DNA from: Lama guanicoe
Taxonomy: Eukaryota
Reading direction: 5' to 3'
Assembly: GCA_013239625.1 (NCBI GenBank)
Contig: MU053881.1
Coordinates: 5,043,957-5,107,956, forward strand
Length of the DNA stretch: 64,000 nt
The notes under the pieces are model-generated. The model had not been told where the DNA came from and did no database searches. It saw nothing but the letters and a program-made list of their open reading frames with translations. Numbering within the stretch: position 1 is the stretch's first letter; every line of letters starts with the position of its first letter. Both the position numbers and the translations under genes were made by a program. This document shows positions 50,452 to 62,645 of this stretch, in pieces.

Positions 50452-53400
50452 TGGCCCTAAAAGCTTGCTGTGAAGATGAAGTAACATGTACAGGGCCTGG
50501 CATATAGTAGGTGCTAATTAAACGCTTGCTGAATGAATCAATTGATAAACACATGAATGTTCTGTAATGTAGAATATTCTCCCTGAATCCAAATGCTGAC
50601 TGGCCTCCACCCACTCCTGCCAAACACGTCACTGAAAGTTGTTTTAAGCAGGGAAATGACTGGGTCAGATTTGTTTTTCTGTAATAGGAGACTGGCTTGT
50701 ATTCCAGGGGTGTGGCTGGTTCAGCTGCAGTCTGGATGAAGAGATTAAGAAACAATAATCCTTTGTCAGCTCAGAGAGATCTTGAGGGTAACTTAGGCCT
50801 CATACGTAGCAGGTATGTCTCTGAACAGACAACTCTCCTTTCTGGCTCGACTAAGTCTCCTGGCCAACCAGACGACTCACTCACTCATCCATCCATCCAT
50901 CCAGTCATTCATTGTAAGTTATCCACTGAACAATTCTTTATGACGGGTCTTCTGGATGTAGAAATGAACATGACACATCCCTGTTTTTAAGAAGCAGGGA
51001 GGAGGTAAGCAACTGTGTGGTGCATTATGAAGAATCAGGCTGGTCAGGGCACCAGTTCCTTGTGCAGATGCAGTTTTGTGGTAAGTGCGGTGGTGAGATG
51101 ACCTGTTTCCTGCTACCTCTAGTGAAGGCTCCAGGGCTGACCCTTAGGTCACAGCCCTGAACACTGGGCTCCAGGAGAATGGACAGGCTGAGTGCTGACC
51201 CTGGGAGCCTGGAGAGGAATCAGCCTCATCCAACACACGCAGATTCAGACGGGGAATCCCTCCCTCCGTCCCTGCTCCTTAGCTGGAGCTGGGGAGCTTG
51301 GGGAGGGCTCGGCGCGGCCCAAACATGAGTGTGTGTCGTGGTGCGTGGGTGTCACCGTGTGTCGGCAGCACAGGTGCCCAGGGGCAGGTGGGTCTGTTCT
51401 CTGGTGACTGGGCTGTGCTTCTCTAGGGTGGGCTCTGATGGGCTGGGTGTCCAGCCAACCGTGACTCTGAGGAGGAAACAGAGAAGGGAGACCTGGGCGG
51501 CTCTGGGCGCGATTCCCGCGTAACTGAAGTAAGTCCTTTCAGCTCCCTGCATCTCAACCTCTTCATCTGTATATTGGGGATCTCCAGGCTTCGAGGTCAT
51601 TCAGTCATTCATTCGCAAGCTGATGGTACACCGGCACCCAGGACAGAAACTCCCTTCACATGTAAGTGTTTAGCACCTCATAAATAGTGATAAATCTAGA
51701 TAAGTGCAATAATTATATGTTCCAGATGTCTGTGGCCAGATTCGTATATTCTGAGTGGAGCAAGGCCAGATGAAAACCTGGCTCCCTGCAACCCCAAGAG
51801 CTGTGTGATGAGAGGTGAGGTCAAAGGTAGAAGAGAAATCCCTGGGGTCAGAGGTCAGGATCCTACGCCTAGTTCAGTTGATTCCTGTCTGGGTCACCTT
51901 GGGGGTGTCTCCTCCCCCACAAAATGGAGACAGTGCCCACTTCACGGGGAAGCTGGGAGGGTGAAGTGTTTATCCTGTGGTCCTATGGGAGCCCCCGCCC
52001 ACTTTGGATCTGGTTCTAGCTGGATCTCAAGTCCCATCCCCTCTCTGGCCTCATGGCCATATTCATGAAATGAGGGGAAATGTTGGAACACCCAAGCCCT
52101 CTCCTCACTCTGTGAATTCATACCATCCTCTTTTTCATTTTCCCCTTCTTTCCAGAACAAGTGCCTTTTTAGTAGACCTGAGACGTGGCTTCCTGCTTGA
52201 GCTAAATTCAAGAAATTCTCACCAAGCCCCAGTTAGTGTTCAGGGATTTGGGGTAGAGGAGACATCAGGGGCACCCTCTTCTCTGGAAGAGCCACCATCA
52301 TTCCTGCTTAGAGTCATCAAAAGACCTTTGTTCTTTCTGCCCTGCTCCCCTCCTCAAGAAATATAGTCATCAAAAACCCTAGCCTGGCCTAAATCAGAGC
52401 TATTAAAGTGGGATTAGCTTTTGTGAATTTTTGTTTGTTTGTTTTCATGAACTAATTATTTAAAAGAATAGTAATTATTTAATTTAAGAGGCAACCTATT
52501 AAAAAAGATACTCAAACAGGACAAAGGGTCTACAGCAGAGAATGAAGTCTCTTGTGCCCCCCAGCCCCCAGCAAAGCTGACCACCACTGAGAGTTTTCTT
52601 CACTGGACTGGGCCTTTTGGTGGCCTGGGTGACCCCAGCCCTTCTCTGGGAAGGCCATGCAGGCAGGCATCTCTCTGCTTTACCAGTGAGGAGCTCCGGG
52701 GCCAGGAGGGAGAGGGGCGAGTGGAGCGTCCCAAGGAGTTGAGGGTCTACCAGAAGGCCAGAGGGAGGGCAGTGTCCTCGTACCCTGCTGAGGACTGAGT
52801 CCAGTCCCTCCGGTGGACCCCAGGGGAGACTGTGAGGTCACAGAGCCACCAAGGGAGACCTTTAACCCACTTGCAAGAGACCCACTAACCTTGTCAGAGA
52901 AGATATGCAAATATTTGTTGAGCGACTATGACAGGCCTCCTGCCCTCCAACTGGGGTTGGCATTAGGGCGAATTAGGAAACAGAACTGGAAAGACCCCAG
53001 ATCTCACTGTGTGAGCAAGCAGAAGGGAGAGAACACTGACTCAACATCGACTCTCCATCAAGGGCTTTTGTTAGGTTATTTTAAAATTAATTTTTAAATA
53101 TAAAAGTTGTGCAGGAACACATTTTCTGTGTAAAAAAAATGAAAGCTTTACAGATAAGGCTAAACCCCCTTTTGGTCTCTAGCTCCAGTCTTGGGTTCCT
53201 CCCACTTCTCCAGAAGGAACTTTTTCTATTTTCAATTTGCTGTGAATCTTTCCAACTTTTTTCTCTGCCTTTTTCAAACATCCGTGTTTTGTTTTTGTTT
53301 GTCTTTTAAGATTAATAGTATCATACATATTACTCTGCCACTTAATTTGGGGATTAACACTCTATCCGGGAGATTTATTTTCAGGCGGATACACAGCTAC

Positions 53401-53834
53401 GCCCAGGGCTGGCACAGGCGGTGTTTCATTGGATGCTCACATGAGATGAGCCACTGCAGATGAGCAGACAGTGCCTCAGAGAACTACGTGACTCACCACC
53501 CTGGTGAGGAGTGGGGCAGGACCCAGACGTAGATTTGTCTATGTTTGGGCTGTACCTGCCTTTTACTTAATCTGCTTGAGGTTTATACCTTAAATTTCCT
53601 GGTTTGTGATATCATCAAATGGGCCACTTAAATGGCAGGTTGATCAAAATGCAAGAGAGAAACCGGCCACCTCCCTTCCCTGTTAAAATACCTCCATGGC
53701 TCTCCAGTACCCAAGGGACCGGGTCTAAGTCCCTCGACTGAGTGGGAATAGATTTCTTTAGACAGAGGGCTCCTTGTAACTTCTCCAGCCTCCCCTAGCC
53801 AGGCCCTGCCTTGTCATCAGTGCTCCATCCAGCA

Positions 53835-54555
53835 CGTGTTTTCTGACACAATGAGCTCAAGTCTGACACCTGTCTACTCTGGAGATAGCATTAGGTCCCA
53901 CGGGTTAAGGGGGCTTAGTCCTACAAGACTACCCCTAGTCTCAAGCCCAGGTTGTCACCCGTGCTTCTGAGTGGCTGGTAATGGGAGGTTCCCACAGCCC
54001 CCTCTTTGGGTTCAGTGTATTTGCTAGAGTGGCTCTCAGAACTTGGCATGACATTTACTTATAGTTGACCAGTTTATTATAAAGGATATTATAAAGGACA
54101 CAGATGAACAGCCAGATGAAGAACAAAGGGCAAAATACATGGAAAGGGGCTTGGAGCTTCCATGACTTCTCCAAAGGGTCACTCTGCCAGCAACTCCACG
54201 TGTTCACTAACCCCATCTTTTGGGGTTTTTATGGAGCCTTCGTTATGTGGGCCTGATGGATTTAAGTTACTGGCCATTGGTGACTGAACTTAATCTCTGG
54301 CCCTTTTCCACTTCCCGGAGGTAAGGGAGGGGGCTAAGTTACAACCTTCCAATTGGGTGGTTGGTTCCCCCGGCAACCAGCCCCCATCCTTAGGGGCTTT
54401 CCAAAAGTCACCTCTTTACCATAAACCCAGGTGTGGTGGAAAGGGGCTTGTTATGAATATCCATAAAGATAACTTTCATCACTTAGGAAATTCCTAGAGT
54501 TCTAGAAACTCTGCACAGACCAAATATATGTTTCATGTTATAAATCACAATATCA
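53835..54555 (-). mobile_element. MER21-type LTR
   Basis: Contains ctggagatagcattaggtcccacgggttaaggg...caagcccaggttgtcacc...tttgctagagtggctctcagaact...aaaggatattataaaggacacagatgaacagccagatgaaga...agaccaaatatat..ttataaatcacaatatca. Confidence 0.82.
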
Positions 54556-54849
54556 AACTCCGGGAAAAAACAGACTGCTTATGGTTCCCTTTGCGCTCAG
54601 TGTTTTTCTCCTCCACGTCCTTGCCAGTGCAAGACCAATTCCCCATCCTAACCCCCCTGTGCCTGGTTTACCACCTCTCATCCTTTGCACCTCGATGCAG
54701 GGACCAGCTCCTCTTGGGTGCCCTCCCTGCTGTCCACAGGCCAAGTTAGAGGTGTCTCCTCTGTGCCCACAACGTCTTGTACTTACCATTTACAAAGCAT
54801 CTCCCATCCCATTCTAATTGCCGTTCTATCTGCCTCCCACCCTTGAGGA

Positions 54850-55263
54850 TGATGAAATGAAATTCATATTTGATGGCAAGGTGGGAAAAATTTAAGTATA
54901 AAATTTTTCTTTGCCAATTTGGGCCTCCTCCCTCCCCTGTAGTGTGTGCTGTGCGTCCATCCGCATTAACCACATCTCCTTAGGAGATAGATAACATTGC
55001 TTCTTAATCTCAGCAAGGAGCCAAGATGATCCACGATGCACTACTCCTTGTAGAAGTCGATCGTGTAGACTGTCAATAATACGGCATCGATGAAGAACCT
55101 TTGTCTCAAAAACTTGTACTGCTGTGCTTTGACCTCTAACGGGTGGAACGGTCCTCAGGGATTTCTGAGAGACTGTCTCCTGGCTTATAACCCTCAGGCC
55201 GGCTCAAATAAAATTTTCAGTTTCATTCTTAGGTTGACTGTTAATTAATTTTTCCTGTCGACA
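54850..55263 (+). mobile_element. Solo ERV (ERV1-like) LTR, 414 bp, inserted in an L2
   Basis: Has TG...CA termini (tgatgaaatgaaattc ... tttcctgtcgaca), AATAAA at about 55207 and near-matching 4-bp flanks (agga / aggg). L2-like sequence continues across the insertion. Confidence 0.7.
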
Positions 55264-56196
55264 AGGGTGAGCTCCTTGAGGTGAGGGTTGCTGTCTCATT
55301 CCCCTGCATCTCCAGGCCCCCAACAAACCCACCTCCATGTTTGTGGAGTCCATGAATGCCTCAGGAGAATGAACGACTGAGTTTCTTTTATCTTGTGTTG
55401 AGGTTTCAGGGATGTGAGAGAGAGGAGGTACACAAGATGATGGTCCTGGGAAGAGAAACCCAAGACCTCTTGAATTTAACTTGCCCAAATGGCAGTCATA
55501 CTATCCATGTGTATGTGGGTGTGTTGGACCGTGTTTTCTCAAACCACCTCCTAACTCAGGTATTTCTCTTAGCTCTGTGATATTTCTCTTATTCTTCTCT
55601 TTCATCTGGGCCTTAATGCTCTCGAAAGGGGATGTGTGCCCTGATTTCAGGGGATCTGAAATCAGCTCCACCAAGGGCTGCTTGAGCCCAGCGGCTTCAT
55701 TTCCTTGGTGACGTCCCATGTTTGAAAAGGGCATCAAAACTTGCTGCCCACTCTTGAAACTGGCAGGGATTTCCTGAGAAGGGGGACTGCGGAGTTCGCT
55801 TTTGGGAGGAACTGTTCCCCTCCTCAAAGTAACAGTTAAAGCTCTTCACTAGCATTTTGCCTCAAAAATCCAATGTCCTGTGTTACTGCTAGAATTAGGG
55901 AAAGCCCAAAGCTCGCACCCATTTCCTCTCACTTCCTTCTTCCCTGAACAAATCTGAGGGAAAAGCTCTCTTCATTTCTTTTTTTCTAAATGTGAGTTAG
56001 GGCTCCTTTCACTGTAAAAAGGTGAAAGAATATTTTAAAAATATAGAAAAAACAAAAAATAAGAGAGCCCCAATACTCAGACACCATCACATTTAGAGTT
56101 CTTCCAGTCTTTTTTCTATGTGTAGGTTTTAAAAATATTAGTTAATTTATGTACACCCCAAAGTATATAACACAGTTGGGTAATTTAAATAATTAA

Positions 56197-56455
56197 AGAG
56201 GAGAGGGATAAATTAGGAGTTTGAGAGTAACAGATATACACTCCTATATACAAAACAGATAAACAACAAGGACCTACTGCATAGCACAGGGAACTGCGTT
56301 CAATTTCTTGTAATAACATCTAATGGAAAAGAACCTGAGAATATATATATATGTGTGTGTGCATGTGTATGTATAACTGAATCACTTTGCTGTACACCTG
56401 AGACTAACATTGTAAATCAACTACACTTCGGTAAAAAATTAAGTTAAAAAAAGAA
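56197..56455 (+). mobile_element. Cetartiodactyl-type L1 3' end
   Basis: Contains gggataaattaggagtttg...agataaacaacaaggacctactgcatagcacagggaact...tataactgaatcactttgctgtacacctgagactaacattgtaaatcaact plus an A-rich tail. Confidence 0.88.
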
Positions 56456-56679
56456 TTTAGGAGTGAATACCCATGTTCCATCACCCAGCTTGAGAAACAG
56501 AACACCAGTATCTCAGAATCCACCATGTGCTTCTTCCTCCCAACCCACCCAGAGACTGCCACCGTCCTGAATTTTGAGTTATTCTTTTGCTTTTCATTAC
56601 AGTTTCACTGTACATCTGTAGATTTTATTTAAATCTATAGATTTAAAATAGTTTATTAAATGAAATGATTAAAGATATT

Positions 56680-57515
56680 TTTATTGTGAGAAAACTATAT
56701 AAACATGAAATTTACCATCTGAACCACTTTTAAGCGTACAGTTCAGTGGCATTAAGTGCACTCACCTTGCTGTGCAGCCATCACCACCATCCATCTGAAG
56801 AGCTTCTTTCCTCTTCCCAAGCTGAAACCCTGTACCAAGTAAACAATAACCCCCCGTTCTCTCCTCATCACACCTCCTGACAACCACCATTCTACTTTCT
56901 GTCTCTGGTAATTTGACTACTTTAAGTACCTAACATAAGTAGAATCATACAGTGTCTTTTTGTGTCTGGCTTATTTCACTTAGCATGTCTTCAAGGCTCA
57001 TCCATGTTGTAGCGTGTGTTGTAATTTCCTTCTTTTTGAAATCTAATTTTCCGTTGTATGTGTAGACCACGTTTTGTTTATTCATTCATCTGTTGATGAG
57101 CACCTGGATTGTTTTGACCTCTTGGCTCTTGTGAATAATGCTGCTATGAATGTGGGTGTAAAAATATCTGTTCGAGCCCCTGCTTTCAATTCTTTTGAGA
57201 ATATACCCAGAAGTGGGATTGCTGGATCACATGGCAATTCTGCTTTTCATTTTTGAGGAAATGTCGTATTGTTTTCCACAGTGGCTGCACCATTGTGCAT
57301 TCCTACCAGCAGCTCCAGGGGTTCCAGTTTCCAGTTTTTCCCGTTGCTTGTCCACACTTGTTTTCCCCTTCCTTCCTTCCTCCCTTCTTCCCTCCCTCCC
57401 TCTTCCTTCCTTCCTTTCTTTCTTTCTCTCTTTCTTCCTTCCTTCCTTGATTTCTTCCTTCCTTTCTTTTTTCTTTCCTTCTTTCTTCCTTTCTAAATAA
57501 TAGCCATCCTAATGT
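56680..57515 (-). mobile_element. L1MB-type 3' end and ORF2 terminus
   Basis: Contains aaatttaccatc..aaccacttttaag.gtacagttcagtggcattaagt...caaccaccattctactttctgtctct...gtgaataatgctgctatgaa...atacccagaagtgggattgctggatca. Confidence 0.88.
57366..57494. repeat. (CCTT/CTTT)n polypyrimidine simple repeat
   Basis: Imperfect CT-rich tetranucleotide array seen directly. Confidence 0.92.
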
Positions 57516-57715
57516 GCATATGATGTGGTTCCAGGATTTTTAATAAACAAAACAGCCATGATCATTCTAGTACATATACCCTGATGCACATGTGCAAGAA
57601 TTTTTCTAGTTATAAAATAAATGTTTGAATTACTGGATCATGAGACATGTGTGTGTGTGTTATTGTCCAATGCAGCAGTACCAATGTACATTGCCATCAA
57701 GAGTAGACAGTCACT

Positions 57716-57850
57716 GGGGGGAAGGGTATAGCTCAGTGGTAGAGCGCAGGCTTAGCACGTACGAGGTCCTGGGTTCAATCCCCAGTACCTCCATTAAATA
57801 AATGAATAGATAAACCTAATTACACACACACACACTCACAAACACACAAG
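57716..57850 (+). mobile_element. tRNA-derived camelid SINE (Vic-1 type) with a CA-repeat tail
   Basis: Reads ggggaagggtatagctcagtggtagagcgcaggcttagcacgtacgaggtcctgggttcaatccccagtacctccattaaataaa...aacctaatta(ca)n, with intact A and B boxes. Confidence 0.9.
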
Positions 57851-58335
57851 TGATCTTTCTAGTTGCTCTACATCCTAGCACTTGCTATTGTCAAACTTAC
57901 AATTTTCATGAGTTCTGTGGGTGTAAAATGATATTTAAATGTGGTTTTATTTTGCATTTTCATGAGTAATAACAGTATTAAGCATCTTGTCATAGGTTTC
58001 TTGGTTATAGTTATTTCCTCTTACATAAAAAAAATCTGTTTTAGCCTTTTGCCTACTTTTCTCTTAAATTGTTTGCCTTAGTTTTGTGAATCTGTAGGAC
58101 TTTATCTATCCTGGGTACTAGTCATTTATTGAAAGTACATGACCAATGTCTTCTCCAAACCTATGATTTGTCATCTCATTTCTTTTGATATCTTTTCATG
58201 AACAGAAATTACTTAATTTAATTTAGTTACATGTTTTCTTTCAAATCTTTTTCTTTGTGGTTGTTGCTTTCTGAATTTTGCTTAAGCAATCTGTCTCTAG
58301 CTGAGATCGTAAAGATATTCCACATTTTCTTCTAA

Positions 58336-58800
58336 TTTTTTTCCCCAGCTTTATTGAGATATAATTGACAGATAATGTTGTGTAAGTGTCAGAGGTGTAC
58401 AACGTGATGACAACATACGTACGTATTGTGAAATGATTGCCGCAATAAGGTTAGTAACACATCTGTCACCTCACGTAGTTACCATTTGTGTGTTTGTGTG
58501 ATGAGAACTTTTAAAATCTCTCTTAGCAAATTTCAAGTATAAAATAACAATACTGTAAGTCTAGTCATCGTGTCGTACATTAGATCCTCAGAACATATTC
58601 ATCTGTAACTGAAAGCCCGCAACCTTTGACAAACGCCTCCCCATTTCCCTTACCCCCAACCTCTGTCAACAGATTCCACATGAAAGTTAGATCATATGCT
58701 GTTTGTTTTTCTCTGTCTGACTTATTTCACTTGGCACAATGCCCTCAAGATCCACCCATGTCACAAATGGCAGGACTTCCTTATTGTTTTTATGGCCGAA
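58336..58800 (-). mobile_element. L1MA9-like 3' end nested in older antisense L1 sequence
   Basis: Contains cagctttattgagatataattgaca...tattgtgaaatgatt..caataaggttagtaacacatc..tcacctcac.tagttacc...gtacattagatcctcagaac.tattcatc. Confidence 0.85.
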
Positions 58801-59372
58801 TAATTCTTTTAAGAATTTTAAGGTTTTAAAAATTCTTTTAAGAATTCTAAGGTTTTGAAGTTTAAGGGATTGACAGACCTGGAAGTGATTTTTTGTACGA
58901 TAAGGGGTTTTGTTTTCCCCATTTGGAGAGTCAACTTTCCCAGCTTTATTTGTGGAATCATGGTTCTTCCCTCTTCATCTTCAAGGCATCTTCCATCCGA
59001 GATCAGGTTTTCTAATATATGTGGATCCCTTTCTGGGACCCTTTATTCTGTTCCATGAGTCTATTGGTCAATTCCTGTACCAGTTTCATACTATTGAAAT
59101 TGTGGTTGCTTCATCATAAATCTCGGTACCTCGTAGGTTAAGTCCCTGCCTAGGATTCTGCTTTGGGAGTGTTTTAGCCCTTCTGGGCCCTTTGTTCTTC
59201 CGTACGAACTGAAGATTCAGCTTGTCAAGTTATATGAAAAATTGATTTGGGCTTTTGATAGGAATAGCGTTAGGACACTTGGAGGATAATTGCCTGCTTA
59301 TCCACGAGCATGGCATGTGTCTCCGTGTATTTAGGTTTTCTTTAACGTCATTTAATAAAATTGTATAACTTT

Positions 59373-59533
59373 CTTCTTCTTTTTTTTTTTTCAGATGAAG
59401 TACCATCAGTTACAATGTGTTAATTTCTGGCGTACAGCACAATGTCCCAGTCATGCATATACATACATATATTCATTTCCATATTCTTTTTCATTAAAGG
59501 TTATTACAAGATACTGAGCATAGTTCCCAGTGC
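59373..59533 (-). mobile_element. Short, relatively young L1 3' end with TSD
   Basis: Poly(T) followed by gatgaagtaccatcagttacaatgtg..aatttctggcgtacagca...ggttattacaagatactgagcatagttcccagtgc. The flanks tataacttt occur at 59364 and 59534. Confidence 0.8.
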
Positions 59534-59729
59534 TATAACTTTTCTTTAAAAGGCTCCGACAACTTATCTTTGGTCCCTTACATTTGTGGTTGCTTTTGTA
59601 AACAGCATCTTGTGTCCACGTACTTCCGAAAAATACTTGTAGTCACACTGCATATAATGTGCTTTTTCTGCTTATATCATGTTACACAACCCTCTTCTAA
59701 GGGGTACTGTTTGTAGGGAGGGGTGAGCT

Positions 59730-59945
59730 TGGGGTTTGGAGTCTGACAACCTTGAATCCCAACCCTTGCCCTCCCTCACGTTAGACCACATTCTTCACCT
59801 CTCTGTGCCTGTGTTTCTCATGTAAGAGAGAGATCATAGATCATGATGATGATCATGGGTTAATTGTGATGATTAAATGAGATTAAAGAGTAAAATGCCT
59901 AGCATGGAGCCTGGCGCATAGAAAGAGCTCAGTGAAAAATAGCTG
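59730..59945 (+). mobile_element. MIR SINE
   Basis: Contains tttggagtctgaca...cttcacctctctgtgcctgtgtttctcatgtaa...ttgtgatgattaaatgagat...cctagcatggagcctggcgcataga. Confidence 0.72.
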
Positions 59946-62484
59946 TTTGTTTCTCAACAAAAACTTATTTTTCTTCCTTTTTGCTAGGTATTGCCTGTTC
60001 CAGTGGAAACCAGTGTTTGAAAAATTGGGAAAGAAAAATCAGGTGTTTTCTGTTTCACCTCATCTCCTCCTCACACTCTTCCTCCTCCTGCCTCCCTGCT
60101 CTCCTGTCCAAGGTTACATCCCCATGGTCAGTGCTGGACAGAGAGTTCTCAGACCCTCTCATTGACAACAAAGTGGAGGATGAGGACATCTCCACCCGGG
60201 AGGATGCCAGCTCCAGGCTAGGTCTTGAATCTGTTCCTCCTCCCTGTTCTCCAGCCACTGCCTGAGTTCAGGTCTCATGGCTGCTCCCCAGTCTCCCTGC
60301 CTCTCCCCGTAGTGTCACCTGAGTAAGACTTCTCCCATCTCATCTCCACCACCTGGTAGTGCCACCCTCTGCTTGGAGTCTTCCATGGCTCCCCACTGCC
60401 CTCAGGACGAAGCCCAAGCTCATTAGTCTACTTGTCAAGGCCCCGCATGATCTGGCCTCTACCTACTCCTTATCACTGACCAAACGCCTCTTACAGACGT
60501 CAGTGATCTGTGCTACCAAAGTGCAGGGTAGGACTCATTCTTTCATTTTACACGTGAGAACACTGAGGCTCAGAGAGGGGAAATGACTCATCAGAGACCC
60601 CACAATTAGGAAGAACAGATGCAGAATTTGAATCCAAGTCTCTGGCTCCCGAGCCGGCTTTCTTCTCCCACCCTGCACCCCGCTGCCTGCCCCCCAACTT
60701 ACTTTGGCTCTCTGGCTGAGCATCAAGCCTCAGCTTAATCCAGTGCATGCACGTGACCCTAGGAAGGGTAAAAATGCTGATCTGAGTCTCTTTCACATTG
60801 TTTCTGTGGAGGTGAGTAAGAGGGTCTGAAATGGGTCTGGGAGAGGGAAAAGTCAAAAGGACAGCCTGAGGTGAAAGAGAAAGTGTGCTTTTTCTCCCCA
60901 GGCTGAGCCCTGGGCTGGGGGCGGGCTGAGCGTGGGGGCTGGGAGCGGTGATGCGTTCAGGGAGGGGCAGGGCGGGGAGGGCGAGTGAGGTAGGACTGAG
61001 GATGACGTAAGGGGTGATGGAGGAAGTGATTAGAACCAGGAAATAAGCTTACTGAAACCACCCTAGGAGAATCATCAAAATATTCCTGGCATCGATTGAC
61101 ATTTAAAAAATAGTAATAATTATATTTTTTAAATGTGCCACTCATTTGCCTGGCCACTCAATCCTTCCAATAACGCTGAAAAGTGCTTATTCCTATTCCC
61201 TGCTTACAGAGAAGGAAATTGAAGCTCAGAGAGCTCAGGGGACCCTCAGCTGAGAAGCAACAAGAAGCCAAATGCATTACAGGTCTGCCTGGTGCCCCAG
61301 CCCTCCCCCCGCACCGTGCCCTCCACTACGTGCCATCCTGCAGTCAAATCAGTTCCTCCAAATGTGGCCGAGTAATCTGGGGGCCACGTAGAGATCGTAA
61401 ATGTTCTGCTAGGTGTAAAATGTTCAGTAAAACAGAATTTCAGAGGAAGATACTGGTAATTCTGCCATCGACTGGAAGTAGTATTAACACCCTCCCCTCT
61501 ACCTTGATCTGTGCAATCCCCACCTGAATGTCCCCAAGTCTATTTCCAGATCCTGTGTCTGTGTCCTATCTGACAAGGGTAGACCTGGTGCACAGGGATG
61601 ACCCAGGGTCTGCTTTTGAGTGTGGAGAGTGAGCAGAGCTAGTGCGGGCTGGGCTGTCCCCACACAACGGCCCAGAGGCTGGATCTGGGACAGGAAGGGA
61701 AGAGGGGAGTCAAGCAATGATCAGGGGCCTCCTTTTGCTCTCTTTCTCTGGGCCCTGCAATGTTAGGGAAAGCCTTGGATGGCATATAGAAAAATTAAAA
61801 AAAATTTTTTTAAACATAAAATTGATGTACATTCAGAGAAGAAACTAATTGGTCCAAAGTGTGGATCATGGGATGCCGAGCCGAGCCTCTGGGTCTCTCT
61901 CCAGAAATAACCACAGTAAACAATTTCCTGTGGGTACAAGTGAGACCTCAGGGGCACCAAAGGACAGCAGTGTCCCAGCTTGACTGTCTGCCGGCTGTTT
62001 GTGTTGCCAAATGCTCAGGCCCCTTAGCTTTGGTCTTGCCAAGTGGGAAATACCAGGAAGAGCAAGGAGAAAGGAAAGGAAGCCAGGGTGCGTGGCGAGC
62101 GCGGAGCTGAGAGTGGAAAGCTGGGGACAAGGTGGAGAGAGAAGCTTTGGGAAAGGAGCAGGGTATTTAAATGCAGTTTCCAGAAGCCTCCAGGAGCCCT
62201 GCCACCCAGAAACACCACCCCCCACCCCGGCCCTCTCTATAGGAAACCAGCAGCGAAGTCTGTTCTGGAAATCTCCATGCCTGCCAGTCTAGTGGACCAG
62301 GTTGTGCATGCGCTTTGCCTGCATGTTTCAAAATAAAATGAAGAACAAAATCCACACACTTGGAAAACTTCAGGATTGGGTATGTGGTTGGGGGAGACGG
62401 TCGGGCTATGCTGAGACTGGCCTGAGTTCAGAAGCAGGGCAGCTAGAGAGCCAGTTCCCACTGGGCAACATGTCTATGCAGTTT

Positions 62485-62645
62485 CCTCCCTTCCTTCCTC
62501 TTCTCTCCATCCCTTCCTCCCTTCCTTTCTATCTGTCTATCTACTTACTTACTATCTACCTATTATCTATCCACCTACCTATCTATCAATTATCTATCTG
62601 TCCTCTATCTTCCCATCATCTCTCTCTCTATCACCTGTCTATCAT
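62485..62645. repeat. Compound (CCTT)n/(CTAT)n degenerate simple repeat
   Basis: cttccttcctc... followed by ctatctgtctatctac...ctatctatc, seen directly. Confidence 0.85.

Noticed and set aside
57716..57800. tRNA gene (also at 1676 and 16655)
   Set aside because: A and B boxes are present, but they are followed by a shared SINE tail and occur as diverged dispersed copies, so these are tRNA-derived SINEs.
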